This document shows positions 28,362 through 39,055 of a stretch of DNA of 64,000 bases, piece by piece (within the stretch, counting starts at the first letter, position 1; the number at the start of each line of letters is the position of its first letter). This stretch comes from Candidatus Bathyarchaeota archaeon. GTDB lineage: Archaea; Thermoproteota; Bathyarchaeia; Bathyarchaeales; Bathycorpusculaceae. Both the position numbers and the translations under genes were made by a program. The notes under the pieces were generated by a model that was not told where the DNA came from, made no database searches, and worked only from the letters and a program-made list of their open reading frames with translations. The stretch spans positions 64,001-128,000 of the forward strand of contig CAVYRJ010000011.1 of NCBI GenBank assembly GCA_963770935.1, given 5' to 3'.

Positions 28362-29327
28362 TTACTCGTTAACCTCAACCGAATCCACTTTTCCGTCCCC
28401 GTCCAAATCAAACCCCTGAATAGCAACCGCAAATGTGTCTTCGCCACTGTATTTCTCCAGCGTTTTCTTCCAGAAATTGGTCAACGCCAAAACGCACGCT
28501 TTAGTTCCCACCGCTTTGTTTCCAGCTAAAACCACGATGCATTTGCTGCTATCCCAAGGGTTCACTATTTTAGCTACGATCCCCGAAACATCCGAAGTGT
28601 AAACTTGCGTAGTCTTCTTCGAGGATAAGCCGCCCAGCAAAAAACCCTGCTCGGAGGATTGCATGATGAATTTAACGGGTAAATAATCGTTAACTTCCTG
28701 CGTTAGCAGATTAGTTCCCGGACCACCGACCAAGATGAGGTTGTTTTTTTCCTCTTTTTCCACCTTCACGTCAACGTCTAACTTTACTGCAAACTCGGTG
28801 GGCATCTTGGCAAATTGCCCCAGAAAAAGCGCTAAATGCGCTGCGTAGTGACCGTCTCGGGCGCTGGTTTTGAAGGGTCCATGCGGCGTTGGGCTGCCAA
28901 CCACTATTTTTCCGTCGAAGGTGCCTTTGTTGATGAATTCTTTGAAAGAATTTCTGCAGATGGTTCATCCAGACTTAGAGTACATATGTTCTGGATGGGT
29001 TTGTAGCCTTGAGGAAATTCAATTCCGAAGGCTGGGGAGACAGTTTTGTAGTATTTTGCTGTTGCGCCCTTCTTTTTTTCCTCTCTTACAACAATTATCG
29101 CTCCTGCTTTGGCGAGTTTTCTTATGTGGTAGTAGATTTTTTGTTCATGCATGTTATAGCTGTCTTGCGATTTCTAGGGGGTACATTTCTTTTTTTGAGA
29201 GGAGGCTGAGGATTTTCCAGCTTAGGCTGCCTAGTATGGTTTTTAGTTTTTGGGAGTCGGTTAGGATGCTGATTTCTTTTACTTGTTGGCTGTTGTCTTC
29301 TTGTTGGAGGAGCAGTTTTTTTTGCAT
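28362..29327 (-). CDS. ArsR-type HTH regulator fused to an S-layer-C-like domain (frameshifts near 29155 and 28955)
   Basis: MQKKLLL...WKILSLL...YPLEIARQL / MHEQKIYYHIRKL...GATAKYY / IVVGSPTPHGP...NLILVGGPGTN...LAGNKAVGTKA. Confidence 0.8.
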
Positions 29328-29370
29328 TGTTGGTCTTAGGAATTAGAGTTGAAAGTACTATAAAAAATTT

Positions 29371-29476
29371 TTTTATAGCGGTCAAAAATTATAGGCAAAA
29401 TGTCGCTTGTTGTTGTTTGTTTGCACGGAAATACAAGATAACCATTGAAAAAACTCTTTTAGTGGTCAAAAACTAT
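29371..29476. promoter_or_regulatory. Two 22-bp direct repeats between the regulator and glmS
   Basis: TTTTATAGCGGTCAAAAATTAT (29371-29392) and TCTTTTAGTGGTCAAAAACTAT (29455-29476): 18/22 identical, 84-bp period. Confidence 0.6.
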
Positions 29477-29547
29477 TATTAAAAATCCTTATTAATAAAA
29501 CAAAACCTTCAATAGCCATCATCATTTGTGTACTGAAGGACCCAAAA

Positions 29548-31377
29548 ATGTGCGGAATATTCGGCTGTATCTTAAAAGAAGGAAACGCTGCACCCCTAAT
29601 CCATTCATCCCTAAAACGTCTCGAATATCGCGGCTATGACTCCGTCGGCATAGCAACCATCTCTAACGGAAAAATCTTCATAAAAAAAGACTCGGGCAAA
29701 ATCGATGAAGTACACAAAATCGTCAACCTAGACGACATGCCTGGCAGCATAGGCATTGGACACACACGCTGGGCAACCCATGGCGCCCCCCTAAAAGTTA
29801 ACTCTCACCCCCACACCGACTGCACAGGAGAAATCGTGGTAGTCCACAACGGAATCATAGAAAACTTCATGGAACTCAAGGCTGAACTTCAAAACCTTGG
29901 TCACACATTCGTTTCCAAAACAGACACCGAAGTTATGCCGCATCTAATCGAGGAAACCCTAAAACAAAACCTCAACCTCACACTCCAACAAGCCGTGTTA
30001 GCTAGCCTCAAACGGATAGATGGCTCCTATGCATTCGCCGTAATCTCAAGTCGCGAACCCGATAAAATAATCTGCGCCCGAAACGAAAGCCCACTGGTTT
30101 TAGGTATCAACGGCAAAGGGGTTTTCTGTGCGTCAGATATTCCCGCTTTTTTGGAGGTTACCAATAAAGCTGTTATGATAAACAACGGTGAACTCGTCAT
30201 TCTCACCGCAGGCGGGTACGAAATCCGAAAAATCTCCGACAATAGTCTTGTTATCCGTGAACCCATAACTATTGAGTGGACTCCGGAGATGGCGGTGAAG
30301 CAGGGGTATCCGCACTTTATGATTAAGGAAATCCATGAACAACCCCAAACTCTCAGAAACACCCTGCGTATTCAGGATCACTATTTGGATTTGTTGGCTA
30401 CTTTCCTTGACCGGGCCAACGAAGTTTTCTTGGTTGCCTGCGGAACAAGCTATCATGCCTGTTTGGCGGCTTCATACATGTTCTCTAAGTTGGCGTTTCT
30501 GCCTACTTATCCAGTTTATGCTTCAGAGTTTTTGGAGCAATGCGGCAAATCCGTCAACATCGACAGCACTATTTTAGCTGTGAGTCAATCAGGTGAAACC
30601 GCAGACACTTTAGCAGCAGTCAGTTGTGCACAGCAACGAGCAGCAACCGTGCTAAGCTTAACCAACGTTATAGGTTCATCTATGACTCGTATTTCCCGAG
30701 TTTACATTGGCACGCAGGCAGGTCCAGAAATCGGTGTGGCCGCCACAAAAACTTTCACCTCACAGCTCTCAGTCTTAGCCCAGCTTGCTTTGAAGTTGTC
30801 AAAAAAACGGGGCAAAATATCTCAGGATGAAATGGATTGCCTTGAGGTGAACCTCAAAAAGATGCCTGAAGACGTCGAAACGATTGTTCGGACCCAAGAA
30901 GAAAAAATAAAACAGATTGCAAAGAAATACTACAATTCCAAGGTGTTCTTCTTTTTAGGAAGAGGAATCAGCACCGCCACAGCGTTCGAAGGCAGGCTCA
31001 AACTCATGGAAATCGCCTACATCCCATCCATCGCGTTCCCAGCAGGCGAAAGCAAACATGGCCCCATCAGCCTGATTGAAGAGGGCTTCCCAGTCGTGTT
31101 CGTGTGCCCCAGAGATGACACCCACAAAACTGTCATCGGCAACATTATGGAGATGAAAGCCCGAGGTGCCCACATCATCGCTGTAATCGAGGAAGGCGAC
31201 GCAGAAATCAAATCCTTAGCCGACGACTACGTCGAAGTGCCAAAGGGCATACCAAGCGTACTTTCGCCCATTCCGTTTGCGGTACCACTGCAGTTATTGG
31301 CGTACTATGTAGCTCTGGAGAAAGGATTCGACCCTGATATGCCACGCAACCTGGCAAAATCAGTTACCGTAAAGTAA
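29548..31377 (+). CDS. glmS: Glutamine--fructose-6-phosphate aminotransferase
   Basis: MCGIFG, LEYRGYDS, GHTRWATHG, SQSGET, PRNLAKSVTV. Confidence 0.97.
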   Translation: MCGIFGCILKEGNAAPLIHSSLKRLEYRGYDSVGIATISNGKIFIKKDSGKIDEVHKIVNLDDMPGSIGIGHTRWATHGAPLKVNSHPHTDCTGEIVVVHNGIIENFMELKAELQNLGHTFVSKTDTEVMPHLIEETLKQNLNLTLQQAVLASLKRIDGSYAFAVISSREPDKIICARNESPLVLGINGKGVFCASDIPAFLEVTNKAVMINNGELVILTAGGYEIRKISDNSLVIREPITIEWTPEMAVKQGYPHFMIKEIHEQPQTLRNTLRIQDHYLDLLATFLDRANEVFLVACGTSYHACLAASYMFSKLAFLPTYPVYASEFLEQCGKSVNIDSTILAVSQSGETADTLAAVSCAQQRAATVLSLTNVIGSSMTRISRVYIGTQAGPEIGVAATKTFTSQLSVLAQLALKLSKKRGKISQDEMDCLEVNLKKMPEDVETIVRTQEEKIKQIAKKYYNSKVFFFLGRGISTATAFEGRLKLMEIAYIPSIAFPAGESKHGPISLIEEGFPVVFVCPRDDTHKTVIGNIMEMKARGAHIIAVIEEGDAEIKSLADDYVEVPKGIPSVLSPIPFAVPLQLLAYYVALEKGFDPDMPRNLAKSVTVK

Positions 31378-31421
31378 CTTTTATTTCCATCTAAGCTTAG
31401 GTTCAACTGGATGTTAAGGGA

Positions 31422-31574
31422 ATGAGCGAAATCCAAGCGCAAGACGCAATCTTAAGCACAACAATACTCAAAGCTTGTGGAACCTGCGGACACCCAAGAG
31501 GAACCCACTCGCAAGACCGACAATGCACCATTAAAGGCTGCACCTGCCAAAAATTCACTCAGTATGCTGTTTAG
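31422..31574 (+). CDS. 50-aa Cys/His zinc-binding microprotein
   Basis: MSEIQAQDAILSTTILKACGTCGHPRGTHSQDRQCTIKGCTCQKFTQYAV; C-x2-CGH-x4-H-x5-C-x4-C-x-C-x2-F; its stop overlaps the fen stop. Confidence 0.65.
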   Translation: MSEIQAQDAILSTTILKACGTCGHPRGTHSQDRQCTIKGCTCQKFTQYAV

Positions 31575-32599
31575 CCGAACCATTTTTCAAGAGAAACCTT
31601 CCCCTTCTGCTTTTTGCTTCCAGACGTCATCCGCTCAAGCGATTTCTTGATACGTTCCTCACCAAACTCCTTTTCCCTGCACATAAAGTCAATTAAACCG
31701 TTCTCGTCGGGTTCTTTCCATTCTATCTTGTAGTTGTTTGTGACTGTTGGGTGGCAAAAGATTTCCTGTATTTCCTCTATCTTATCAGCGAAAGTCATGT
31801 TTTCTATATGTGGGATAGCGTTCTTCAAAGTGCCGTATTTTTTTATAAGTTTTAGAGCGGTTTTTGGTCCTATCCCTTTTACACCGTCAGGGTTAAAGTC
31901 AGTTCCGATCAATATTCCGACGTCAATAAGTTGCTCACGTGTTAACCCGCATTCATGAAGCGTTCTGGGCAATTCCACAACTTCAGGGACTACTTCAATT
32001 GTGACTTTTCCTCTTTTCCTTCTCCCAGAAATGGTCACGTTTCTTAGCAGCTTACACGCTCCAAAAAGGAGGCTGTCGTAGTCTTGGCTTGCACAGTAAT
32101 CTGCGTCGCCTTTTTTGTTCATGTGCGCTGCTTGAGCTTCACCTTCGCCCGGTGCCTGAACCCACGGTAACCCCATAAGCCCCAGAAGCTTCTGGCTGTC
32201 ATCCAACATGTAATCTTTCATGCTAGTCGATGCCTGAGCGTACATGAACATTTTTTCTCTATCGCCTTTTGCCACCGCTTTCTCATAATGTGCAACTGCT
32301 TCAACCTTTACTTGCTTACGTCTCTCAATTTCCGACGCCTTCAAGGCTGGAGATTCGCCGTCGAAAACATAGACTGGTTTAATGCCCATTTCAATTAGGT
32401 TGCTTGTGCGATAAAAGAGTCCGCTTAGGTGACTGGTGACTTTTCCCGAGCTGTCTTTTAGGGGTGTGCCGTCAGGTTGACGGATTATGCTTAGAAATTG
32501 GTAGATGGCGTTGTAGGCGTCTATGGCTATGATTTTGCCGCCTAAATCTTCGAGTTTTATTGGGGTTTTTGGTATGAGGTCTTTGAAGTTTACGCCCAA
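31571..32599 (-). CDS. fen: Flap endonuclease 1
   Basis: MGV start (TTG 32599), IDAYNAIYQFL, EGEAQ, SQDYD, GTDFN, PIP-box-like KVSLEKWF. Confidence 0.97.
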   Translation of the reverse strand: MGVNFKDLIPKTPIKLEDLGGKIIAIDAYNAIYQFLSIIRQPDGTPLKDSSGKVTSHLSGLFYRTSNLIEMGIKPVYVFDGESPALKASEIERRKQVKVEAVAHYEKAVAKGDREKMFMYAQASTSMKDYMLDDSQKLLGLMGLPWVQAPGEGEAQAAHMNKKGDADYCASQDYDSLLFGACKLLRNVTISGRRKRGKVTIEVVPEVVELPRTLHECGLTREQLIDVGILIGTDFNPDGVKGIGPKTALKLIKKYGTLKNAIPHIENMTFADKIEEIQEIFCHPTVTNNYKIEWKEPDENGLIDFMCREKEFGEERIKKSLERMTSGSKKQKGKVSLEKWFG

Positions 32600-32786
32600 A
32601 ACGATTCCACAAAATATGATAGGCAAGAAACCATCTTAAGAGATTTGCGAAATACCTGCAAATTTAAAAAAGGAAGCCCGTATTGTATTTACTTGCGCAA
32701 AAAAATCTTATGGCTCAAGCGTGGTTTTTGAGCATAGCAAATATAAGGAACCCTTACAATTATGACGGCACAGAAGTGTGAAGTTC

Positions 32787-32966
32787 ATGTCAGAAAAGTT
32801 GTCCCTAGTCACATGTACAAGTTGCGGAAAACCAATTCCGCCAGGCAGCGAATCTACAAAGTACCTATGCCCACAATGCGGTGAAATCCAGATTAAACGA
32901 GACGGCAAATGTCGCAAATTCGGTCGACTCTACAAATGCCCCAAATGCGGTTTTAGCGGACCATAA
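32787..32966 (+). CDS. Double zinc-ribbon protein (DUF1610/HVO_2753-like)
   Basis: CTSCG...CPQCG...RDGKCRKFG..YKCPKCGFSGP; canonical position before EF-1beta. Confidence 0.9.
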   Translation: MSEKLSLVTCTSCGKPIPPGSESTKYLCPQCGEIQIKRDGKCRKFGRLYKCPKCGFSGP

Positions 32967-32976
32967 GGGGAAGCGT

Positions 32977-33255
32977 ATGGGCAGCGTACTAGTTACCTAC
33001 AAGGTTTTTCCCGAAGACATAGTGCCGAGTTTCGATGACCTCAAAGCCAAAATCAAAGCCGTCCTGCCTGAATTCGCGGCAATTGAAGGATACGGCGAGG
33101 AACCAGTTGCTTTTGGACTCATTGCACTCTTGGTTCAAATTAAATATCCAGAAGATAAGTCAGGTCTTGTTGATGAATTCGAAGAAAAACTCGCAAAAAT
33201 CCCCGGCGTAAGCCAAGCACAAACCTTCCAGATACGTAGAACAAGCCGCGATTGA
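32977..33255 (+). CDS. ef1b: Elongation factor 1-beta
   Basis: KVFPED, EEPVAFGLIAL, IPGVS. Confidence 0.92.
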   Translation: MGSVLVTYKVFPEDIVPSFDDLKAKIKAVLPEFAAIEGYGEEPVAFGLIALLVQIKYPEDKSGLVDEFEEKLAKIPGVSQAQTFQIRRTSRD

Positions 33256-33404
33256 GTCGCTTAAACCCACAAACCACCTAATTCAGCTCTCTAATATTGC
33301 TTTGAAGTCTTTGTTCTTACACTTTAAAGTTTATATAGTCATAACCGCTTTTTCAAACGCATCCAAAAAACAACAAGTCAGGATTATTTAGGAGATAATT
33401 CTAC

Positions 33405-35576
33405 ATGAGCGAAGTACAACTACGCGTTGGAGACGCACGGCAAAGAGACGTTGGCAGAGGAATCGCCCGAATTGACCAGCGAACCATGCAGAAACTTAGT
33501 ATAAGTGCTGGAGACGTAATTGAAATTGTAAACAAACGCACCACCTCAGCGATTGCTTGGCCAGCCTACAGTGAAGACCAAAACCGCGACATCATCCGCA
33601 TCGACGGTTTCACCCGAAAAAACAGTGGCGTAGCCATAAACGAATACGTGGTTATTCGACCTGCAAAAGTCAAAACTGCGCTCTCCTTAACACTCGCACC
33701 TGTAGACATGCGACTAAACGTAGATGAGGATTTTACCAACTTTGTCAAAAACCGCCTCATGGAACGCACCTTAGTCGAAGGCGATACAACTCTAGTCATG
33801 ATGTTAGGGCACGCCATACCATTTACCGTTTCAAAAACACGTCCCCACGGTATTATCAAAGTAACTGCCGAATCAAAACTTACAATCCTAAATGAGCCAG
33901 CTCCCGAAGGCAAAGGGCTACCTCGAACAAACTATGAAGACATCGGAGGACTCCACACAGAAATCCAGCGCGTCCGCGAAATGGTCGAATTGCCCCTTCG
34001 CCACCCAGAACTGTTCCAACGCTTAGGAATTGAACCGCCAAAAGGGGTATTGCTTCACGGTCCACCTGGCTGCGGGAAAACCCTCCTCGCACGTGCAGTT
34101 GCAAACGAGTCAGAAGCAAACTTCTACTCTATAAACGGACCCGAAATCATGAGCAAATTCTACGGGGAATCCGAAGCGCGGCTCCGCGAGATCTTCCAGC
34201 AAGCCCAGCAGAACGCACCCAGTATCATATTCGTTGATGAGCTTGACGCCATAGCGCCCAAACGGGAAGAAGTCACAGGAGAAGTGGAAAGACGCGTCGT
34301 TGCTCAACTCCTTGCATTGATGGATGGCTTGTCTGGCAGAGGAAACGTAATCGTAATAGGCGCAACCAACCGTCCAGGCGCACTAGATCCAGCTCTACGT
34401 CGCCCAGGCAGATTCGACCGAGAAATTGAAATCGGCGTCCCCGACAAAAAAGGACGTTACGAAGTTCTCCAAATCCACACCCGCGGCATGCCATTGGCAG
34501 AAGATGTTGACCTTCCCAAACTCTCAGCCATGACCCACGGCTACACGGGCGCCGATTTATCCGCTTTGGGAAGAGAAACCGCTATGAAAGCATTAAGAAG
34601 ATACCTGCCGCAGATCAACTTGGAAGAAGAGCGCATCCCGCCTGCAGTGCTGGAAAAGATGGAAGTTAAGATGGACGATTTCCTTGGTGCATACAAAGAA
34701 GTTACACCTACAGCTATGCGGGAAGTCTACATTGAAGTCACAACAGTTCACTGGGACGATGCTGGCGGACTCGACGATGTGAAACAACACCTCATAGAAG
34801 CCGTGGAGTGGCCGATAAAGACCCCTGAAATCTTCACCAAACTTGGAATTAGACCGCCAAAAGGCATTTTGCTCTATGGTCCACCTGGCTGCGGCAAAAC
34901 CCTTTTGGCACGCGCTGTAGCGACAGAGAGCGAAGCCAACTTCATATCCATAAAGGGGCCTGAAGTTTTCAGCAAATGGGTTGGTGAATCGGAAAAAGCA
35001 ATTCGTGAAGTGTTCCGCAAAGCCCGTATGGCCGCGCCTTCAGTAGTGTTCCTTGACGAAATCGATTCTCTAACACCCAGACGTGGGATGGGGATGTCTG
35101 ACAGCGGCGTTTCCGAACGCGTCATAAGTCAACTGCTAACTGAAATGGATGGCATTACGACGTTGCAAGACATCGTAGTTATCGCTGCTACTAACCGACC
35201 TGACATGGTTGATTCTGCTGTATTACGTCCAGGACGCTTTGACCGTTTAATCTATGTGCCTGAGCCTGATGAGAAGAGCCGTTTGCAAATCCTCAAGATT
35301 TATACAAAGGGCATGCCAATCGCCAAAGATGTGGACTTAAATCAGATAACAATTGCAACCAAATATTATTCTGGCGCTGACATAGAATCTCTTTGCCGCG
35401 AAGCTGCAATGCATGCGCTGCGAAAGAACGTAAGTTCAAGCGAAGTTACCATGAAAGACTTTCAGGACGCCTTAAAAGAGATGGGTCCCTCAATTACTCC
35501 TGACATGGAAAAATGGTACAAGAGCTTTATGCAGCAAATCCGACAAGTACAAAAGCCACAAACACCAGTTGCATAG
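33405..35576 (+). CDS. cdc48: CDC48/VAT AAA+ ATPase
   Basis: N-domain plus two AAA modules (GPPGCGKT twice, RPGRFDR). Confidence 0.97.
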   Translation: MSEVQLRVGDARQRDVGRGIARIDQRTMQKLSISAGDVIEIVNKRTTSAIAWPAYSEDQNRDIIRIDGFTRKNSGVAINEYVVIRPAKVKTALSLTLAPVDMRLNVDEDFTNFVKNRLMERTLVEGDTTLVMMLGHAIPFTVSKTRPHGIIKVTAESKLTILNEPAPEGKGLPRTNYEDIGGLHTEIQRVREMVELPLRHPELFQRLGIEPPKGVLLHGPPGCGKTLLARAVANESEANFYSINGPEIMSKFYGESEARLREIFQQAQQNAPSIIFVDELDAIAPKREEVTGEVERRVVAQLLALMDGLSGRGNVIVIGATNRPGALDPALRRPGRFDREIEIGVPDKKGRYEVLQIHTRGMPLAEDVDLPKLSAMTHGYTGADLSALGRETAMKALRRYLPQINLEEERIPPAVLEKMEVKMDDFLGAYKEVTPTAMREVYIEVTTVHWDDAGGLDDVKQHLIEAVEWPIKTPEIFTKLGIRPPKGILLYGPPGCGKTLLARAVATESEANFISIKGPEVFSKWVGESEKAIREVFRKARMAAPSVVFLDEIDSLTPRRGMGMSDSGVSERVISQLLTEMDGITTLQDIVVIAATNRPDMVDSAVLRPGRFDRLIYVPEPDEKSRLQILKIYTKGMPIAKDVDLNQITIATKYYSGADIESLCREAAMHALRKNVSSSEVTMKDFQDALKEMGPSITPDMEKWYKSFMQQIRQVQKPQTPVA

Positions 35577-35582
35577 GAAGGA

Positions 35583-35825
35583 ATGCTTATGCCGCAGATA
35601 AAAACTTGGAAAACACGCCCAGCCTACTTCTACCTGCTGGAAGTTCTGACTAAGAAAGGCGACTTAACAGACGACGACCTCTTTGACCAGCTAAAAAACG
35701 AGTACGAAGATTTAGGCTTCAAAGACTTTAACGAACTGCTGCTGAAGCTTGAAGTAAGCGGCAAGATCCGAACTTCCTCGATGTCTAGGGGTAAACGTCG
35801 AATCGAGCTAGTCCACCTGCATTAA
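35583..35825 (+). CDS. Small winged-helix protein downstream of cdc48
   Basis: LTDDDLFDQL...FNELLLKLEVSGKI; coupled to cdc48. Confidence 0.75.
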   Translation: MLMPQIKTWKTRPAYFYLLEVLTKKGDLTDDDLFDQLKNEYEDLGFKDFNELLLKLEVSGKIRTSSMSRGKRRIELVHLH

Positions 35826-35828
35826 TAA

Positions 35829-35858
35829 GTTTTTTCTTAACTTATTTTCTCGCTTTTT
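35829..35858 (+). terminator. Oligo-T terminator candidate
   Basis: T-tracts directly after the cdc48 operon. Confidence 0.45.
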
Positions 35859-35968
35859 GTTGGATCTAAAGAAATGGAATTTTGGTTCTTTGCGTTTTCT
35901 GTACTTTTTCAGATTATCTCAGGCTCGCTTTGTAGACCTTATATAATGAAAAATCCAATAGCATAACG

Positions 35969-37207
35969 ATGATGCCCCAAAAAATTCAGCCCGCAGATGC
36001 AATAGTTGTAGGTGGCGGACCCGTTGGTTCATATGCAGCATTAAACCTAGCTAATAATGGTGTTAAAGCCACAGTTTTTGAAGAGCACCCACAGATTGGT
36101 TTGCCTTCCCATTGTGCTGGACACATAAGCATAAGAAGCCTAAGAAAAATAGGGCTTTATCCGCTTCCAAAAGCAATAGTTGAGAACACCTTCTGTACTG
36201 CCAACTTTTACTCGCCTGCTGGAACAAAGTTTTCGCTCCAGCTTTCTTGTCCAGTTACGACCGCTTTGAATAGGGCACGGTTTGACCAATACTTGGCTAG
36301 TAAAGCTCAAGAAGCTGGAGCAAGCTTTGTTTTGAGCTCTCGCGTCAAATCACTTCTGATAGAAGATGGATTTGTTAAAGGTGTTAACATTATGCAAGCC
36401 GAAGGTGCTGAAAAGAAAGTTTATTCCAAAGTGGTGTTGGATGCTGAAGGCGTATCTTCCAGGCTTCTAAGGCAAGTGGGCTTACCAACCTTTAAGCCCA
36501 GCGGTTTGGTTTATGCTGTTGAAGCAGAAGTTGACAGCGTGCAGGATGTTGAGCTTGACGCGGTTGAAGTTTATTTTGGCAAATCTTATGCACCTGGCTT
36601 TTACGGTTGGCTCATTCCAAGAATAGATGGCTCAGCAAAAGTCGGTTTGGCAACAAACCATGGAGACCCACGCGAATACCTCAAGCGGCTAATGTCTAAG
36701 CATCCTGTGGCCTCTAAACAGCTTGGAAAAGCCAAAATAACACAGGCCGGCTACCATGCCATTACGTTGGGTGGACCAATCAACAGGTCTTACGCAGATG
36801 GTTTCCTTGCGGTCGGCGACTGCGCTTCACAGGTTAAACCTACAACTGGCGGTGGAGTAATCTTTGGGTTAACGTGTGCCCGAGCAGCAGCTGAAGTTGC
36901 AAGTCAAGCACTAAAACAAGGCAATGTATCATCCGATTTCTTGAGGGTTTATCAAAAACGATGCGAAGACCTATTAAGTTTCGACTTCAGCGTTATGCTT
37001 CGGCTTAGGCGTTTTCTTAATTCTCTTTCCGATGAGAAATTGGATGAGATGCTTCGGGTCTGCGGAAAATTGGGTGTAGATCGGGCTCTTAGGGATGTGG
37101 ATGAGATTGATTTTCAAGGTAAGATGTTGCTTACGGCATCAAGGAAACCTGCAATGCTTGCGGCTTTGGCTTACTTTGGTTTGCTCTACTTGTCTGCAAA
37201 CCCTTAA
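35969..37207 (+). CDS. Geranylgeranyl reductase family FAD oxidoreductase
   Basis: VVGGGPVG, PSHCAG, PGFYGWLIP, GDCASQVKPTTGGG. Confidence 0.88.
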   Translation: MMPQKIQPADAIVVGGGPVGSYAALNLANNGVKATVFEEHPQIGLPSHCAGHISIRSLRKIGLYPLPKAIVENTFCTANFYSPAGTKFSLQLSCPVTTALNRARFDQYLASKAQEAGASFVLSSRVKSLLIEDGFVKGVNIMQAEGAEKKVYSKVVLDAEGVSSRLLRQVGLPTFKPSGLVYAVEAEVDSVQDVELDAVEVYFGKSYAPGFYGWLIPRIDGSAKVGLATNHGDPREYLKRLMSKHPVASKQLGKAKITQAGYHAITLGGPINRSYADGFLAVGDCASQVKPTTGGGVIFGLTCARAAAEVASQALKQGNVSSDFLRVYQKRCEDLLSFDFSVMLRLRRFLNSLSDEKLDEMLRVCGKLGVDRALRDVDEIDFQGKMLLTASRKPAMLAALAYFGLLYLSANP

Positions 37208-37244
37208 AATCTCCAGTGCAAACATTGATTCGGGATAATGCTAA

Positions 37245-37607
37245 ATGGGCGAATTTGAATACAAGCAAGTCCTAGTCTTCCGAACCGACCTACAGATGAG
37301 CAAAGGCAAAATCGCAGCCCAAGCTGGGCATGCCGCTGTTTCAGCTGCTCAGAACGCTTATGCTCGGCATAAGAAGTGGTGGGAAGCGTGGATGTTTGAG
37401 GGGCAAAAAAAAGTCGCTGTTAAGGTTGCCGGAGAAAAAGAACTAGGCGAACTCGAAGAGGCTGCTGATGATTTAGGTTTGCCCCATGCGCTGATAGTTG
37501 ATAGAGGCTTAACAGAGGTTCCCGAAGGAACAATTACCTGTTTGGGGATTGGTCCTGCACCGTCAGGTATGATTGACCGTTTAACTGGCAAGCTCAAATT
37601 GTTATAG
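37245..37607 (+). CDS. pth2: Peptidyl-tRNA hydrolase 2
   Basis: MSKGKIAAQAGHA, GQKK, DRGLTE, GIGP. Confidence 0.96.
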   Translation: MGEFEYKQVLVFRTDLQMSKGKIAAQAGHAAVSAAQNAYARHKKWWEAWMFEGQKKVAVKVAGEKELGELEEAADDLGLPHALIVDRGLTEVPEGTITCLGIGPAPSGMIDRLTGKLKLL

Positions 37608-37619
37608 GCGAGTCTTTTT

Positions 37620-38993
37620 TTGTCTGTTCCCTCCCTTGAAAAGTTGCTGGGCTTAGAAGTTTACGCTACGAAAACTGGAGGCGTAGGCGGCAGAATTAAG
37701 GCGTCGATTGAGGATTTTGTTGTTGAGGAAGTCCTTGTTGATGGCTCCAAGGCAAGCATCAATGAATCTATTCCAAGTAAGGTTTTGGGTTCTACTTCCC
37801 AGAAGAAGCGTTTTTTGCTTTGTGTTTTGGTTAAAAAAAACTGGGACACCTTCATTGCTGTGAAAAACGTTGCGAAGTCATTGGGCATTGACCAAGAAAG
37901 AATCCAGTTTGCAGGAATCAAAGACGCCAAAGCTGTAACTGCCCAACATATCTCAATTGAAAACATTTCAATTGAAGAAGCTGGGAAAGTAGAGGTTAGA
38001 GATCTGGAAGTGCGCCCAGTAGGTTACATTAGAGAGATGATGTCTCTGTTCTACCTTTTAGGCAATAATTTCACAATTACAATCAAATCTATTCAAGATT
38101 CAGAGACAAACATTAAAGAAAACATCGCCCAAACAATGCAGGAACTCGATGCAATCGGTGGTATCCCCAACTTTTTTGGGCATCAACGCTTCGGAACCAC
38201 CCGTCCCATAACGCATTTGGTTGGAAAAGCCCTTGTCAGAGGCGATTTTGAGGAGGCAGCGATGCTTTTTTTGGCTAAATCAAGCGCACATGAGCATCCA
38301 GCTTCAAGGCAAGCCCGGCAAGAACTAGAAACAACAAAAAATTTCAAGAATGCTCAGATGAACTTTCCCATTCAACTCCGTTTTGAACGAATAATGCTCA
38401 ACCATTTAGCCGATAATCCCTGTGATTTTGTTGGAGCTTTCCAAAGTTTGCCCCTGAAACTTCAGGCGCTATTTGTTCAAGCTCACCAGGCCTACTTGTT
38501 TAATCGTTTTCTGAGCGAGCGGATAAAGGATGGTTTGCCTTTGAATGAGGCTGTTGTTGGAGATTATGTGGTTGGGGTTGAGCGTTCTGGATTACATCTG
38601 ACTTCGGTATCTAAAATTGCAGCTGCAGAGAACTTGGCTGAAGTAAACTCTCAGATTAGATCTGGAAGGTTGCGTGTTGCTCTTCCTATATTTGGAGTAA
38701 AACAGAAGCTTTCCCAAGGTATCATGGGGAAGATAGAACGTAAAGTTCTTGAGCAGGAAGGGGTTAATGCAGAAAACTTTTTTGTTAATGTATTGTCGAG
38801 GACGGGTGGGAAAGGCGGTTTACGTACGGCTGTAACTCCCATCAAGGACTTTAAACTTCAAGGTGTTTCGGTGAATTCAGATGATGGAACGTGTCAGGTA
38901 AAAGTGAGTTTTATGTTGTTTAGAGGGTCTTATGCGACTGTCGTTTTAAGGGAAATAATTAAAGCTTCCGACCCTATAACAGCTGGCTTTTAG
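37620..38993 (+). CDS. truD: tRNA pseudouridine(13) synthase
   Basis: EDFVVEE, AGIKDAKAVTAQ, PNFFGHQRFG, GSYATVVLRE. Confidence 0.95.
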   Translation: MSVPSLEKLLGLEVYATKTGGVGGRIKASIEDFVVEEVLVDGSKASINESIPSKVLGSTSQKKRFLLCVLVKKNWDTFIAVKNVAKSLGIDQERIQFAGIKDAKAVTAQHISIENISIEEAGKVEVRDLEVRPVGYIREMMSLFYLLGNNFTITIKSIQDSETNIKENIAQTMQELDAIGGIPNFFGHQRFGTTRPITHLVGKALVRGDFEEAAMLFLAKSSAHEHPASRQARQELETTKNFKNAQMNFPIQLRFERIMLNHLADNPCDFVGAFQSLPLKLQALFVQAHQAYLFNRFLSERIKDGLPLNEAVVGDYVVGVERSGLHLTSVSKIAAAENLAEVNSQIRSGRLRVALPIFGVKQKLSQGIMGKIERKVLEQEGVNAENFFVNVLSRTGGKGGLRTAVTPIKDFKLQGVSVNSDDGTCQVKVSFMLFRGSYATVVLREIIKASDPITAGF

Positions 38994-39055
38994 GGAGTTA
39001 GCGAAAATGCTGATAAGCAAGTGATTGGTTCATTGTTTAATAGGGAGTTTTTTTT

